Below are positions 19,651-34,250 of a DNA stretch of 64,000 bases, piece after piece (position 1 is the stretch's first letter; every line of letters begins with the position of its first letter). Below the pieces are notes generated by a model. That model was given only the letters and a program-made list of their open reading frames with translations, was not told the origin of the DNA and did not search any database. Source of the stretch: Thermoanaerobaculia bacterium (GTDB taxonomy: Bacteria > Acidobacteriota > Thermoanaerobaculia > Multivoradales > JAHEKO01); assembly GCA_041567315.1 (NCBI GenBank), contig JBFGCA010000008.1:2990-66989 (forward strand). The letters run 5' to 3'. A program made the position numbers and the translations under genes.

Positions 19651-20085
19651 TCAGCGGAGCTTTCGCATCACCACGGTCGTGCCGTTACGACCGGAGTGAA
19701 TCTCCACCTCGTCCATCAGCCCCCGGATGATCTTGAGTCCCCAGCCGCGCTTGCGGGCTGCCCACAGCTTCTCTTCGATACGCGGCTCTTCGACGTCGTC
19801 GGGCGAGAAGCCGACGCCGCTGTCGCGGATGGTGATCTCGAGCTTTTCGGGCTCCTCCGAGCCCAGCACGGCGAAGTTGAGGTGGACCTTGTGGTCGGCG
19901 GCGTGGCTGTGCTCGAAGCTGTTGATGCAAGCCTCCACCACCGCCATTCGCACCTCGTCTATCTTATCGGAGCTCATCTCCATGAACTCGGCCAGCGCGG
20001 TCGCGGTCTTGCCGGCCGCGATCTCCATGTCCGGCACCATGGGGAGGACCAGACTGACCTCCCGAAGGATGGCGTCGCTCGCCAT
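19651..20085 (-). CDS. Anti-sigma factor/Ser kinase (RsbW-like, HATPase)
   Basis: AVVEACINSFEH, IRDSGVGF, RGWGLKIIRGLMDEV. Confidence 0.9.
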   Translation of the reverse strand: MASDAILREVSLVLPMVPDMEIAAGKTATALAEFMEMSSDKIDEVRMAVVEACINSFEHSHAADHKVHLNFAVLGSEEPEKLEITIRDSGVGFSPDDVEEPRIEEKLWAARKRGWGLKIIRGLMDEVEIHSGRNGTTVVMRKLR

Positions 20086-20115
20086 GACTCGGCCCGGCGC
20101 AGCTGCCGGCCCGGC

Positions 20116-20271
20116 CTAGAAGGCCAGGTAGAGCTGCAGCAGGTAGATCACGATAGGCTGGATGAGGTCGTTCGCCAAGAGCCAGCCGAAAGCTAGCACG
20201 GAGACCGCCGTCGCCAGGGCCTCGACCGGCACCTGGGGGACGGAGATCGCTTTGCGAATCGCCTGCAGCAT
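20116..20271 (-). CDS. Small hydrophobic membrane protein, 51 aa (not in ORF track)
   Basis: MLQAIRKAISVPQVPVEALATAVSVLAFGWLLANDLIQPIVIYLLQLYLAF*; RBS GGGAG; first ORF after the sigma54 promoter. Confidence 0.72.
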   Translation of the reverse strand: MLQAIRKAISVPQVPVEALATAVSVLAFGWLLANDLIQPIVIYLLQLYLAF

Positions 20272-20300
20272 GAAGGTCTCCCTGGTTGCCAGTAGCAGGG

Positions 20301-20316
20301 AGCAAGCCCGCTGCCA
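20301..20316 (-). promoter_or_regulatory. sigma54 (-24/-12) promoter
   Basis: Minus strand TGGCAGCGGGCTTGCT matches TGGCAC-N5-TTGCW; 30 nt upstream of the ATG; activator gene is adjacent. Confidence 0.8.
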
Positions 20317-20356
20317 GCCGCCGACGACGCCGGCCGGGGCCGGCCAACCCGTTTGG

Positions 20357-20369
20357 TATCAGCAGCTTG
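20357..20369 (+). promoter_or_regulatory. Putative IHF site
   Basis: TATCAGCAGCTTG versus WATCAANNNNTTR (1 mismatch), between the candidate enhancer and the sigma54 promoter. Confidence 0.45.
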
Positions 20370-20491
20370 GGGCCGGGAGGCCGTTCCTGGAGTGCCCTTC
20401 CGAAGATGCGACGTCTTGCCGCATCTCCAGGCTTCCTGCTCCCGAGCAGCAACGACAAACGGCCAGGAAGGCTTGATTTACCGTGAACCGG

Positions 20492-20524
20492 GGCAATTTG
20501 CCGCAGAAGGCGGCAAATTGCCGC
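20492..20524. promoter_or_regulatory. Palindromic candidate enhancer (UAS) sites for the sigma54 activator
   Basis: ggcaatttgccgc-agaag-gcggcaaattgcc(gc): perfect 13-bp inverted repeat; related palindrome gatgcgacgtcttgccgcatc at 20405-20425. It could also act as a terminator hairpin. Confidence 0.55.
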
Positions 20525-20529
20525 AGCTC

Positions 20530-22005
<1,476 letters not shown>

Positions 22006-22059
22006 CGGGGGCCCCGTTGCGGAGAAACCGGCGCCCACGATAACCGATCCCGCCGTCGC

Positions 22060-22102
22060 GCCGCGCTCGCCAGCCGACCCGACCGACTTCCACCACGGAC
22101 TG

Positions 22103-22106
<4 letters not shown>
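22060..22106. repeat. Partial (one-end) copy of the CTAG-bounded MITE, overlapping the uvrA stop codon
   Basis: gccgcgctcgccagccgacccgaccgacttccaccacggactgctag aligns with 7135-7181. Confidence 0.72.
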
Positions 22107-24931
<2,825 letters not shown>

Positions 24932-25024
24932 CGCAGCGCGCCAATCTAGCAAAGCCGATTCGCGCCACGGGCCAGGCGGGGGCGCCGGCCGGCGCCGCCG
25001 CTGCGACCGCGCAGGGAAGGCCCC

Positions 25025-26470
25025 TTATCGCCCGGACGGGCGCACCGTGGTGACGCGCACCACCTTGGTGCGGAGCGTCGCCGGCGGACGGACGATCGCC
25101 CGGCCGCCGCGGTTGGCGGCCAGCCGCGCCGCCCGCCTGAGCTGGCGCGGCCCCGGGATGCGGAGCGCCTTGCGCAGGTTGCGCCAGGCCCGGCGGCTGA
25201 AGACGAAGGGCTCGCCGGCGACCGGTACGCCCACGCCGGTGCCCGGCAGCCGGCCCTCGTCGCCGAAGACGAAGCGGCCGAGGTCGACCGGCTGGATGGC
25301 GGCGCCGAAGGTGCGGTTGATCTCCTCGATGAAGGCGTTGGCCACGATGGCGTAGCCGAGCGGCGCCGGGTGGACGCCGTCGTAGGAGAACAGCCCGCCG
25401 GTCAGGAAGTCGGCGCCGTAGCCGATGCCGCCCAGCTGGAAGCCGTCGGCCACGATGGCGGCGAAGATGGCGTTGGCGTCGACCAGCCCCGCCCCGGCCA
25501 GGTCGGCGACTGCTCGGATGTGCTCGTTGTATGCCCCCACCCGCTCGCCGATGACCTCCGCCTCGTCGGCGTCGAGGACCACGCCGTTGGGCAGCGGCTG
25601 GCCGTTGCCGCCCAGCGCCGCCGGGATCCCGAAGCCCTGGGCCAGCAGAGGGGAGGCGGTGAGCAGCACGAAGTCGTCGGGCCCGAGCGGACCCGCCGTG
25701 CCGTCGCCGCGGGTGCCGAGCAGGAAGACCGGCTGGCCGTCGATCACCACCGGCTGGCCGGTGCCGGGATCGACCACCACCGGCGGGATGGTGGTGACGA
25801 ACGGGATCGAAGTGACGCTGGGAACGGTCGCCGCCGCCCACTGGACGCCGAAGCCGGAAAGGACCCCGGCGATCCGCGAGAAGTCGGCCCGGAAGTCGGC
25901 CAACGGGGTCAGCGTCACGCCGTCGAGCACGATGCCGGTGGTGGCGGCGCCCAGCGCGTCGTTGTTGCCGATCCACAGCGTGGCGAAGGTCGGCTGCAGG
26001 AACACCGCCTGCTCGAGCTGGGTGCCCAGCCCACGCAGCACCAGGTCGATGATCGGGTTGCCGGTCACGGTCTCGATCACGTCGGCGACCCGGAAGCCCG
26101 GCACCGCCAGGTTGTCGTAGGGGCGCTGCAGCAGCAGGTTGAGCGGATCGCCGGTGCCCGGCTCGGGGCCGATCACCAGCGGCGCCAGGCTGCGCAGTAC
26201 CAGCACCCCGGGGGCGCCGGGGTGGCCCACCAGTGGCTGCTCGAAGCCGGCGGCGCGGCCGTTGACCTGCTGATAGACGAGCGACGGGTAGCTGTTGCGC
26301 TGCGCCTCCCGGATCAGCGATCCGCTCATGAAGCCGGCGGTGAGGCTGTCGCCCAGCGCCACGTAGCGGCTGAAGTCGGCGGCGCCGGTGTCGACCTGGG
26401 CGCCGCCGGCGGCCGGCAGCAGCAGCGCCAGGGCGAGGACGGCGAGCGGTCGGATCGTGGTTCGGGCCAT
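25025..26470 (-). CDS. Secreted SGNH/GDSL lipase-esterase
   Basis: Signal peptide; [24 protein letters not shown]. Confidence 0.88.
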   Translation of the reverse strand: MARTTIRPLAVLALALLLPAAGGAQVDTGAADFSRYVALGDSLTAGFMSGSLIREAQRNSYPSLVYQQVNGRAAGFEQPLVGHPGAPGVLVLRSLAPLVIGPEPGTGDPLNLLLQRPYDNLAVPGFRVADVIETVTGNPIIDLVLRGLGTQLEQAVFLQPTFATLWIGNNDALGAATTGIVLDGVTLTPLADFRADFSRIAGVLSGFGVQWAAATVPSVTSIPFVTTIPPVVVDPGTGQPVVIDGQPVFLLGTRGDGTAGPLGPDDFVLLTASPLLAQGFGIPAALGGNGQPLPNGVVLDADEAEVIGERVGAYNEHIRAVADLAGAGLVDANAIFAAIVADGFQLGGIGYGADFLTGGLFSYDGVHPAPLGYAIVANAFIEEINRTFGAAIQPVDLGRFVFGDEGRLPGTGVGVPVAGEPFVFSRRAWRNLRKALRIPGPRQLRRAARLAANRGGRAIVRPPATLRTKVVRVTTVRPSGR

Positions 26471-26480
26471 CGGGGGCCTC

Positions 26481-27776
26481 CTACCAGTTGAGCGTGAAGC
26501 CCAGCAGCCAGGCGGTGGTGTTGTAGGTGCCGTTGAAGCCGTCGCGGTTGACCCGCGTGGTGCGCTCGTCGAAGGGCAGGTACATCAGCGCCAGGTCCCA
26601 GCCCAGCCGAGCGCCGGTGCGGCCGTAGCCCACTGTCAGCCCGTTGCGGTCGGCGTCGGGCAGCAGCGGGCCGACCCCGGAGTCCGGCTGCGGCGACTCG
26701 TCGTAGACGTAGCCGAAGCGCCACTCGGAGCGGGGCCCGGTGGTCCAGCGCAGCCCCAGCCGGTAGTGCTGGGAGTCGTCCCAATCCTGAGGCAGCGTCT
26801 GGTCCGGCAGGTCGTCGGCGGTGAAGTCGATGACCACCACCTCGAAGCTGCTCCAGCCGATCCAGTTGACGTCGACCTCGACCAGCAGGCTGCGGGTCAC
26901 CGCCAGGGCGAAGCCGAGGCTGGCGGCGTCGGGGAACTCGATCGAGGTCTCGATCGGCAGCGCCTGCCCGAACGGCAGCGAGGCGCCGATGATGGCGTCG
27001 AGCTGCGGGTTGTCGGTGAGGATCTGGGTCAGCCTTCCGTCGCCGGCGTAATCGATCTCCATCGCGCTGCGGTAGGAGAAGCCCCAGGAAAAACTATTGT
27101 TAAGTTTGTGCAGGAAGCCCACCTGCCAGCCGAAGCCGGTGTCGAAGTCGCTCTCCAGCACCACCTGGGCGACGTCGACCGGCAGCCCGCTGAACGGGTC
27201 GATGGCCGGCGCCCGCCGGTTGAGCTCGATCTCGGAAACCCGCACGATGACGCCGAAGCCGATGCCGAACCTGTCCGAGAGCCGCAGACCGAGGTTGGGG
27301 TTGATGTCGAGCTCGGTGAGCGTCGCCTTGGTGCTGATGAACCGGCCGGCAAAATTGTCCTGGTCGCTCCACTCGTTGCCCAGACCGAACGGCGCGTTGA
27401 CCCCCAGCCCGAAGTTCCAGCGCCGGTTGATCGGCTTGACCCAGTAGAAGTGGGGCGGCGCCTCGGACAGGGTCTCCATCTCCGCCCGCGCCTCGGGGCC
27501 GGGAAAGGGCGTGGTGCCCTCGAAGTCGGCCTCGCTCTGGGTGATGTAGGTGAAACCCAGCGAGAACTTCTGCTCGTCGAAAAAAGCCAGACCACCGACG
27601 TTGTGGAACATCGCCGAGGGGTCGTCGGCCTGGGCGGTGAAGGCCCCGGCCATGCCCATCGCCTTGGTGCCCTGCTCGAAGATGCTGAAGCCCGCCCCCA
27701 AGACCGGCGCCGCGCTGCCGAGGACGACGAGCGACAGCACCCGGAGCGCGCGCACACTGCGGCCGGTGCTTGCCAT
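26481..27776 (-). CDS. FadL/OmpP1 outer-membrane long-chain fatty acid transporter
   Basis: AGFSIFEQGTKAMGMAGAFTAQADDPSAMFHNVGGL, APFGL, PDADR, C-terminal aromatic residue. Confidence 0.9.
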   Translation of the reverse strand: MASTGRSVRALRVLSLVVLGSAAPVLGAGFSIFEQGTKAMGMAGAFTAQADDPSAMFHNVGGLAFFDEQKFSLGFTYITQSEADFEGTTPFPGPEARAEMETLSEAPPHFYWVKPINRRWNFGLGVNAPFGLGNEWSDQDNFAGRFISTKATLTELDINPNLGLRLSDRFGIGFGVIVRVSEIELNRRAPAIDPFSGLPVDVAQVVLESDFDTGFGWQVGFLHKLNNSFSWGFSYRSAMEIDYAGDGRLTQILTDNPQLDAIIGASLPFGQALPIETSIEFPDAASLGFALAVTRSLLVEVDVNWIGWSSFEVVVIDFTADDLPDQTLPQDWDDSQHYRLGLRWTTGPRSEWRFGYVYDESPQPDSGVGPLLPDADRNGLTVGYGRTGARLGWDLALMYLPFDERTTRVNRDGFNGTYNTTAWLLGFTLNW

Positions 27777-27857
27777 GACGGAGACTCCTCGTGCAAGAAA
27801 AAAGTTAAGAATCTGGCGGGGAAGAGGCCGGCGGTCGGGTCTCCGCGCGACCGCCGG

Positions 27858-27886
27858 ACGTTAGAGGATTCGCCCCAGGCTGTCAA
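27858..27886 (-). promoter_or_regulatory. sigma70-type promoter for the FadL-lipase pair
   Basis: Minus strand TTGACA-17 nt-TAACGT. Confidence 0.6.
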
Positions 27887-27926
27887 ACTTAACGGGCGCT
27901 GTTAGAGTACCGTTCGGAGGCCCGCG

Positions 27927-28406
27927 ATGCAGTTCAAGCACGCCCAGCACGAAGAGGTCCACCGCCAGGTCGAGCGCTATCTCGACGAGCTGTTCGACGA
28001 CCCCTACGAGGACCCCGAAAACGGCCACTTCTACGTCGGCTACGGCTCGACCCTGCTGGAGGTCTCGGTCGAGCCCTACGGCCCCGAGGAGGTGCTGGTG
28101 CTGATCACCGCCTACTGCGTCCAGGGGGTGCGCACCGACGAGCAGCTGCTGCTCGGGCTGCTGGAGCTCAACCACGAGATGCCGGTGGGCGCCTTCTCGC
28201 TGGTCGGCGACGACATCTTCTTCGCCCAGACCCTGTTCGGCCGCAACCTCCAGAGCCGCGACCTGCTGGGCGCCATCGCCGCCGTCGCCAACGTCTCCGA
28301 CGAGTACGACGAGCGCATCGTCGCCAAGTACGGCGGTCAGACCGCCCTCGACCGCATCCGCGACACCGGCGGCCGCCGCCAGCGCAAACAGGCGCCGCCC
28401 GCCTAG
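27927..28406 (+). CDS. YbjN / T3SS-chaperone-like domain protein
   Basis: Acidic 159 aa; LLELNHEMPVGAFSL...ADE/SDEYDERIVAKYGG pattern. Confidence 0.72.
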   Translation: MQFKHAQHEEVHRQVERYLDELFDDPYEDPENGHFYVGYGSTLLEVSVEPYGPEEVLVLITAYCVQGVRTDEQLLLGLLELNHEMPVGAFSLVGDDIFFAQTLFGRNLQSRDLLGAIAAVANVSDEYDERIVAKYGGQTALDRIRDTGGRRQRKQAPPA

Positions 28407-28456
28407 CCCGTGGTGGAAGTCCGCCTGCCCGTCTGGCGGCGGGGCGGAGCTGCTAG
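28403..28456. repeat. Internally deleted MITE copy between two convergent stop codons
   Basis: ctagcccgtggtggaagtccgcctgcccgtctggcggcggggcg...gctgctag matches 7013-7059 and the distal end of the element. Confidence 0.72.
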
Positions 28457-28923
28457 CGACGCCGCGGACCCAGCGCCTCGCGGGCCTCGCGGTCGAGGAT
28501 ACGGGCGCGGGCGTCGGCGCGCTTGTCGTAGAGCTTCTTGCCGCGGGCCAGCGCGATCTCCACCTTGACGTGGCGGCCCTTGAGATAGACCGCCAGCGGC
28601 ACGCAGGTCTGGCCGTGGATCGTGGTGCGCCCGAAGATGCGGTCGATCTCGCGGCGCTCGAGCAGCAGCTTGCGGTCGCGCACCGGATCGTGGTTCAGCC
28701 GGTTGCCGTGGCTGTAGGGGCTGATGTGGGCGCCCACCAGCCAGGCCTCGCCGTTGCGCACCTCGACGAAGGCCTCCTTGAGCTGCACCCGCCCCTCGCG
28801 CGCCGACTTGACCTCGGTGCCGGTGAGCACGATCCCCGCCTCGAATCGCTCGAGCAGGTGGTAGTCGTGCGCCGCCCGCCGGTTGGCGGCCAGCGGCCGC
28901 GTCTTGTCGCCCGTCTTCCCCAT
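28453..28923 (-). CDS. smpB: SsrA-binding protein
   Basis: NRRAAHDY...EAGIVLTGTEVKSAR...HISPY...RKLLL...ARGKKLYDKR; ATG 28923. Confidence 0.96.
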   Translation of the reverse strand: MGKTGDKTRPLAANRRAAHDYHLLERFEAGIVLTGTEVKSAREGRVQLKEAFVEVRNGEAWLVGAHISPYSHGNRLNHDPVRDRKLLLERREIDRIFGRTTIHGQTCVPLAVYLKGRHVKVEIALARGKKLYDKRADARARILDREAREALGPRRR

Positions 28924-28974
28924 CACCGACAGAATACCTCCGACCCCGGTGCCGGCTGCTATGCTGCCGTCCCG

Positions 28975-29517
28975 ATGGGGCCCAGCGGGGTCGTCCCCCT
29001 CGTCGCCTTCCTCTTCGCTGCGCAGCCCGACGTCAAGCCCCGAGTGTCGGAGCTTCAGGTCGCGCTCGACGGCCGCCGGGTCGATCTCGGCTTCGCCCTC
29101 GAGAACGCCTTCACCGACGACCTGTTCGAGCGCATCCAGAGCGGGCTGGCGAGCGGCTTCACCTTCCGCTTCGTCCTGTTCCGCGACCACAAGCGGTGGT
29201 TCGACAAGACGCTCGACGACACCGCGCTGCAGGTGGTGGCGATGTACAACGCCGTCGAGCGCGAGTACCTGGTCAACTACAAACAGGACGGGCGCCTGAT
29301 CGAAAGCCGGGTGGTCCAGGACCGGGCCGAGTTGGAGCGCGCCATGACCCGCTTCGAGGACTTCCACGCCTTCACCCTGGGCGACCTCGACCCCGAGCGG
29401 CGGCTGCTGATCCGCGCCCGCGCCGAGCTGGGCTCGCGCACCATCTTCAAGCTCATTCCCACCCGGGTGACCACCGAGTGGGTGCGGTCGCGCAAGTTCC
29501 GGCCGCCGGCCGCCTGA
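28975..29517 (+). CDS. DUF4390-like periplasmic protein
   Basis: Position directly upstream of an NtrY-like kinase; ERIQSGL...F.F.L.R...WFD pattern. Confidence 0.68.
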   Translation: MGPSGVVPLVAFLFAAQPDVKPRVSELQVALDGRRVDLGFALENAFTDDLFERIQSGLASGFTFRFVLFRDHKRWFDKTLDDTALQVVAMYNAVEREYLVNYKQDGRLIESRVVQDRAELERAMTRFEDFHAFTLGDLDPERRLLIRARAELGSRTIFKLIPTRVTTEWVRSRKFRPPAA

Positions 29518-29527
29518 CCGCCCGACC

Positions 29528-31738
29528 GTGATGGACCTCCGCGAACAGATTCGCCGGCGGCACAAGGACAGCCGCTTCATCATCGGCGGGCTGTCGCTGC
29601 TGCTGGTCCTGCTGACCCTGGTCTACGCCTTCATCCAGCGCAGCCGCGACCTGCCCTCGGACCTGGTCACCAACAAGGTCCTGCTCTTCGTCCTCTGGTA
29701 CGCCAACGTCGTCCTCATCCTCACCATCGTCTTCGTGCTGCTGCGCAACCTGCTCAAGCTGCTGGTCGAGCGCCATCACCGCATCCTGGGGTCGAAGTTC
29801 AAGACCAAGCTGCTGGCCACCTACATCGGGCTGTCGCTGCTGCCCGGGCTGCTGCTCTTCGCCTACGGCAGCCGCCTGCTCCAGGGCTGGATCGACCGCT
29901 GGTTCGACGAGCCGGCGGTCACCCAGGTGGCGGCCCAGGGGCACGCCGTGGCCCTCGCCCTCGACCGCCACATCGAAGCCACCCGGCTGCGCGACTCGGC
30001 GCGGGTGCTGCGCGAGATCGAGGACGTCGACCTCGCCAACGCCCGCCGCCGCCCGCAGCTCGACCGGCGGCTGCGCCGGCTGCTGGCCGAGCTGGAGCTC
30101 GACTATCTGGCGGTCTACGAGCGCACCGACTTCGTGCAGGCGCTGCTCAACCCGCAGGCCGGACTCACCGACCTGCCCGAGCTCGACCCGCGCTTCCTGC
30201 TGGAGGCGCTCAAGAAGGGCGAGGCGGTGCGCATCGTCAGCCCGTCGGCCGGCGAGGAGCGGCTGATCCTCACCGCGGTCGCCGCCGCCGAGACCGCCGG
30301 CAACCCGCGGCCGGTGGTGATCGGCGGGCAGCTGCTCGACGCCGAGCTGGCCAGCAAGAGCCGCCAGCTGGTCCAGGCCTTCCAGGGCTACCGCCAGCTC
30401 GAGCTGCGCAAGAGCGAGATCGAGGCCGGCTACGTGCTGACCTTCATGATGGTCACCCTGCTCATCCTGCTGGCCTCGTCCTGGGTCGGGCTCTACCTGG
30501 CGCGGCGGGTGACGGTGCCGATCCAGGCGCTGGCCGAGGGCACCCGGCGGATCTCCGAGGGCGACCTCGACTACCGGGTCGAGGTCGACGCCGGCGACGA
30601 GCTGGCGGTGCTGGTCGAGTCGTTCAACCGGATGACCGCCGAGCTGGCCCGCAACAAGGAGCTGCTCGAGGAGGGCAACGTCGAGCTGGTCGCCGCCAAC
30701 CGCCGGCTGGCCGAGGAGCGGGCGGTGATCGCCGCGGTGCTGGAGAACGTCGCCGCCGGCGTCATTTCGGTCGGCGAGGACGCCCGCATCCTGACCTGCA
30801 ACGGCGCCGCCCTCGCCATGCTGGGTCAGAGCGAGGAGCAGGTGGTGGGCCGCCCGGCGCGCGAGGCGTGGAGCGACGGCGAGCGCGGCAAGCTGGCCGA
30901 GCTGTTCGAGGGCGAGCCGCGCGAGGCGGGCCGCACCGTGCAGGACGTGCGGCTGCTGCTGGGCGGCGAGTGGAAGAGCTTCGAGGCCAAGGTCACCACC
31001 ATGCGCGACCCTCGCGGCGAGGTCGGCGGCCGGGTGATGGTGCTCGAGGAGCTGACCGAGCTGGTCAAGGCCCAGCAGATGGCGGCCTGGAGCGAGGCCG
31101 CCCGCCGCATCGCCCACGAGATCAAGAACCCGCTGACCCCGATCAAGCTGTCGGCCGAGCGGCTGCTCCGCAAATGGCGCCAGCAGGACCCCGACCTGGG
31201 AAGCGCCCTCGAGGAAGCGGTGGAGCTCATCTCCAACGAGGTGCGGGCGATGAAGGGCATGGTCGACGAGTTCTCGCGCTTCGCCCGCATGCCGCGCCCG
31301 CGACCGGCCGAGGTCGACCTCCGCAAGCTGGTCGACGAGACCCTGAACCTCTACGCGGGGCTCAAGCCCGGGGTCGAGGTGCGCGGCCAGGTCGAGCCCG
31401 CCGCCCAGACCGCCTGGCTCGACGGTGAGCAGCTCAAGCGGGCGCTGATCAACCTGCTCGACAACGCCCTCGCCGCCACCGACGCCCCGGGCGAGGTCAA
31501 GGTCTCGGTCCACCGCCAGGACGGGCATCTGGAGATCGACGTCGCCGACAGCGGCAGCGGCATCCCGGCCGACGCCAAGGACAAGCTGTTCCTGCCCCAC
31601 TTCTCGACCAAGGGCCGCGGCACCGGCCTCGGCCTGTCGATCGTCCACCGCATCGTCGCCGAGCACCACGGCACTATCCGCGCCGAGGAGAACAAGCCCC
31701 GCGGCACGGTGTTCCGGATCCGGCTGCCCCAGCAGTAA
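29528..31738 (+). CDS. NtrY-like sensor histidine kinase (TM-HAMP-PAS-HisKA-HATPase)
   Basis: AWSEAARRIAHEIKNPLTPIKLSAERL, NLLDNA, DSGSGI, FSTKGRGTGLGL. Confidence 0.92.
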   Translation: MMDLREQIRRRHKDSRFIIGGLSLLLVLLTLVYAFIQRSRDLPSDLVTNKVLLFVLWYANVVLILTIVFVLLRNLLKLLVERHHRILGSKFKTKLLATYIGLSLLPGLLLFAYGSRLLQGWIDRWFDEPAVTQVAAQGHAVALALDRHIEATRLRDSARVLREIEDVDLANARRRPQLDRRLRRLLAELELDYLAVYERTDFVQALLNPQAGLTDLPELDPRFLLEALKKGEAVRIVSPSAGEERLILTAVAAAETAGNPRPVVIGGQLLDAELASKSRQLVQAFQGYRQLELRKSEIEAGYVLTFMMVTLLILLASSWVGLYLARRVTVPIQALAEGTRRISEGDLDYRVEVDAGDELAVLVESFNRMTAELARNKELLEEGNVELVAANRRLAEERAVIAAVLENVAAGVISVGEDARILTCNGAALAMLGQSEEQVVGRPAREAWSDGERGKLAELFEGEPREAGRTVQDVRLLLGGEWKSFEAKVTTMRDPRGEVGGRVMVLEELTELVKAQQMAAWSEAARRIAHEIKNPLTPIKLSAERLLRKWRQQDPDLGSALEEAVELISNEVRAMKGMVDEFSRFARMPRPRPAEVDLRKLVDETLNLYAGLKPGVEVRGQVEPAAQTAWLDGEQLKRALINLLDNALAATDAPGEVKVSVHRQDGHLEIDVADSGSGIPADAKDKLFLPHFSTKGRGTGLGLSIVHRIVAEHHGTIRAEENKPRGTVFRIRLPQQ

Positions 31739-31770
31739 GACGCCGCGCCCGGAGAGGGTAGACTCCCGGT

Positions 31771-32226
31771 ATGACGACGCCGCGGGAGCGCATCGAGGGG
31801 GATCTGAAGGCCGCCCTCAAGGCCGGCGAGAAGGAGCGGGTGTCGACGCTCCGGCTGCTGATCGCGGCGATCGACAACGAGCGCATCCGGACCGGCGAGA
31901 CGGTCGACGAGGACGCCTTCCTCAAGCTGGTCCAGAAGGCCATCAGGCAGCGCCGCGAGTCGGTCGAGCAGTACCGCAAGGGCGGGCGCGAGGAGCTGGC
32001 CGCCCGCGAGGAGCGCGAGGCCGAGATCCTCGAGGCCTATCTGCCGCCACCGGCCGACGAGGCCGAGATCGAGGCCGCGATCCGCGAGCTGGTAGCGGCG
32101 CAGGGTCTGTCGGGGCCGGCCGGCATCGGGCCGGTGATGAAGGAGATGCTGGCCCGGTTCAGCGGCCGCGCCGACGGCGGCACCATCAACCAGATCGCCC
32201 GGCGGGTGCTGGCCGGCGGCGACTAG
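31771..32226 (+). CDS. GatB/YqeY domain protein
   Basis: [18 protein letters not shown]...[17 protein letters not shown]...YLP...GPVMK. Confidence 0.92.
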   Translation: MTTPRERIEGDLKAALKAGEKERVSTLRLLIAAIDNERIRTGETVDEDAFLKLVQKAIRQRRESVEQYRKGGREELAAREEREAEILEAYLPPPADEAEIEAAIRELVAAQGLSGPAGIGPVMKEMLARFSGRADGGTINQIARRVLAGGD

Positions 32227-32261
32227 CCGCCCGCCCGCGACCCGCGCTCCGCGCTCGAGCG

Positions 32262-34202
32262 ATGCCCTCCGCCGCCCAGCCGGCCGCGGCACGCCGGGTC
32301 ATCGTCGGCACCGCCGGCCACATCGACCACGGCAAGACCCGGCTCATCGAGGCGCTGACCGGGATCGATTGCGACCGCTGGGCCGAGGAGAAGCGCCGCG
32401 GCATCACCATCGACATCGGCTTCGCCCACCTCGAGGACGGCGACCTGCAGGTCGGCTTCGTGGACGTGCCGGGGCACGAGCGGTTCCTCCACAACGCGCT
32501 GGCCGGGCTCGGCGGCATCCGGGTGATGCTGCTGGTGGTGGCGGCCGACGAGGGGGTCAAGCCGCAGACCCGCGAGCACCTGGCGATCTGCGAGCTGCTG
32601 GGCATCCCGGCCGGCCTGGTGGCGCTGACCAAGACCGACCTGGTGGCCGCCGACCTGCGCGAGCTGGCCGCCATGGAGGTCGAGGAGCTGCTGCAGACGA
32701 CCGCCTTCGCCGGCGCCCGGGTGCTGCCGGTCTCGGCGGTCACCGGCGAGGGGGTCCCCGAGCTCAAGGCGGCGCTGCTCGAGCTGGCCGCCCGCCACGC
32801 CGCCACGCCCGACCCCGAGCGGCCGCTGCGGCTGCCGGTCGACCGCGCCTTCCACCTCAAGGGCCTGGGCGTGGTGGTCACCGGCACCCTGGTGAGCGGC
32901 GCGGTGCGCCCCGGCGACGCCCTCGAGCTGCTGCCGGCCGGCGGCCAGGCGCGGGTGCGGAGCGTCCAGGTCCACGGCGCACCACGCGAGATGGCCGAGG
33001 CCGGCGAGCGGACGGCGCTTCAGCTCACCGGCCCCGACCTCGCCGATCTCGAGCGCGGCGTCCAGCTGGTCAGCGCCGCCGCCTTCCGGACCTCCACCTC
33101 GCTGCTCGCCCGGTGCAACCTGCTCGCCGAGGCGCCGCGCCCGGTCAAGGGCTCGACCCCGGTGCGCTTCCACCTGCTGACCAGCGAGACCGTGGGGCGG
33201 ATGCGGCCGCTGCAGGGTCCCCTCGAGCCGGGCGGCACCGGCCTGGTAGAGATCCGGCTGGCGCGCCCGGTGGTGGCCGCCCGCGGCGACCGCTTCGTGG
33301 TGCGGCGCCCCTCGCCGCAGACCACCCTCGGCGGCGGCGAGCTGCTCGACCCGCGCTGGCACCGGCGCCGCGGACGCGACCTCGAGCACGCCCTCGAGGC
33401 GCTGGCCGGCGGCCGCCGCGAGGCGCTCCGGCTGTGGGTCGAGGAGGCCGGTGAGGCGGGGACCGGCAGCGCCGAGCTGGCCGCCCGGCTGGGCCGCCGC
33501 GAAGAGCCGGTGGCGGCCGAGCTGGCGGCGCTCCAGAGGGAGCAGCAGGCGCTCGAGGTGCCGGCCGGCCAGGCCCGGCCGCGGCGCTGGCTCGCCCCCG
33601 GCGCCTATCGCCGCGTCGAGGAGCGCGCCCGCCGCGTCCTGGGCGCCTACTTCGGCCAGCAGCGGCTGGCCCGCGGCATGCCCAAGGCCGAGGCCGTCGA
33701 GCGCATCCTGCCGGGCCGCGCCGCCGAGCTGGCCGACGTCTACCTCGCCTGGCTCGAGCGCCAGGGCGTCCTGGCGGTCGACGGCAACCTGGTCCAGGAG
33801 CCCGGCCGCGAGACCCGCCTCACCGGCGAGGAGTCGCGACTCGCCCGCGAGCTGACCGCCCGCTACGAGAAGGCCGGCCTCCAGCCCCCAGCCCCCACGG
33901 CGCTCGCCACCGAGCTCGGCGCCAAGCCGCAGATCGTCGAGGGCGTCGTCCGCTACCTGATCGAGGGCGGCAAGCTGGCGCGCCTTCCCGGCGGCCTGCT
34001 GATCTCGCGCGCCGCCGTCCGCAAGCTGGCCGAAGACCTGCGCGCCAGCGGCTGGGAGCGCTTCAAGGTGCCGGCCTTCAAGGACCGCTACGGCCTCACC
34101 CGCAAGTGGGCCATCCCCATCCTCGAGCACCTCGACTCGATCGGCGTCACCCGGCGACTGGGCGACGACCGGCTGGTGGTCCGGAGCGGACCCGCCGGCT
34201 GA
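32262..34202 (+). CDS. selB: Selenocysteine-specific elongation factor
   Basis: [33 protein letters not shown]-terminal [13 protein letters not shown] winged helix. Confidence 0.95.
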   Translation: MPSAAQPAAARRVIVGTAGHIDHGKTRLIEALTGIDCDRWAEEKRRGITIDIGFAHLEDGDLQVGFVDVPGHERFLHNALAGLGGIRVMLLVVAADEGVKPQTREHLAICELLGIPAGLVALTKTDLVAADLRELAAMEVEELLQTTAFAGARVLPVSAVTGEGVPELKAALLELAARHAATPDPERPLRLPVDRAFHLKGLGVVVTGTLVSGAVRPGDALELLPAGGQARVRSVQVHGAPREMAEAGERTALQLTGPDLADLERGVQLVSAAAFRTSTSLLARCNLLAEAPRPVKGSTPVRFHLLTSETVGRMRPLQGPLEPGGTGLVEIRLARPVVAARGDRFVVRRPSPQTTLGGGELLDPRWHRRRGRDLEHALEALAGGRREALRLWVEEAGEAGTGSAELAARLGRREEPVAAELAALQREQQALEVPAGQARPRRWLAPGAYRRVEERARRVLGAYFGQQRLARGMPKAEAVERILPGRAAELADVYLAWLERQGVLAVDGNLVQEPGRETRLTGEESRLARELTARYEKAGLQPPAPTALATELGAKPQIVEGVVRYLIEGGKLARLPGGLLISRAAVRKLAEDLRASGWERFKVPAFKDRYGLTRKWAIPILEHLDSIGVTRRLGDDRLVVRSGPAG

Positions 34203-34250
34203 GCCTCGGGACCGCACCAACCGGCGAAACAGCGCTACGATCGGCACCCT

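Noticed and set aside
28453-28923. tmRNA (ssrA) next to smpB
   Set aside because: The flanking intergenic spaces are too short and lack the tRNA-like ends.
32262-34202. Selenoprotein genes or selA/selC/selD near selB
   Set aside because: I found no in-frame TGA read-through candidate or tRNA-Sec by eye; the Mo-fold subunit is uninterrupted.
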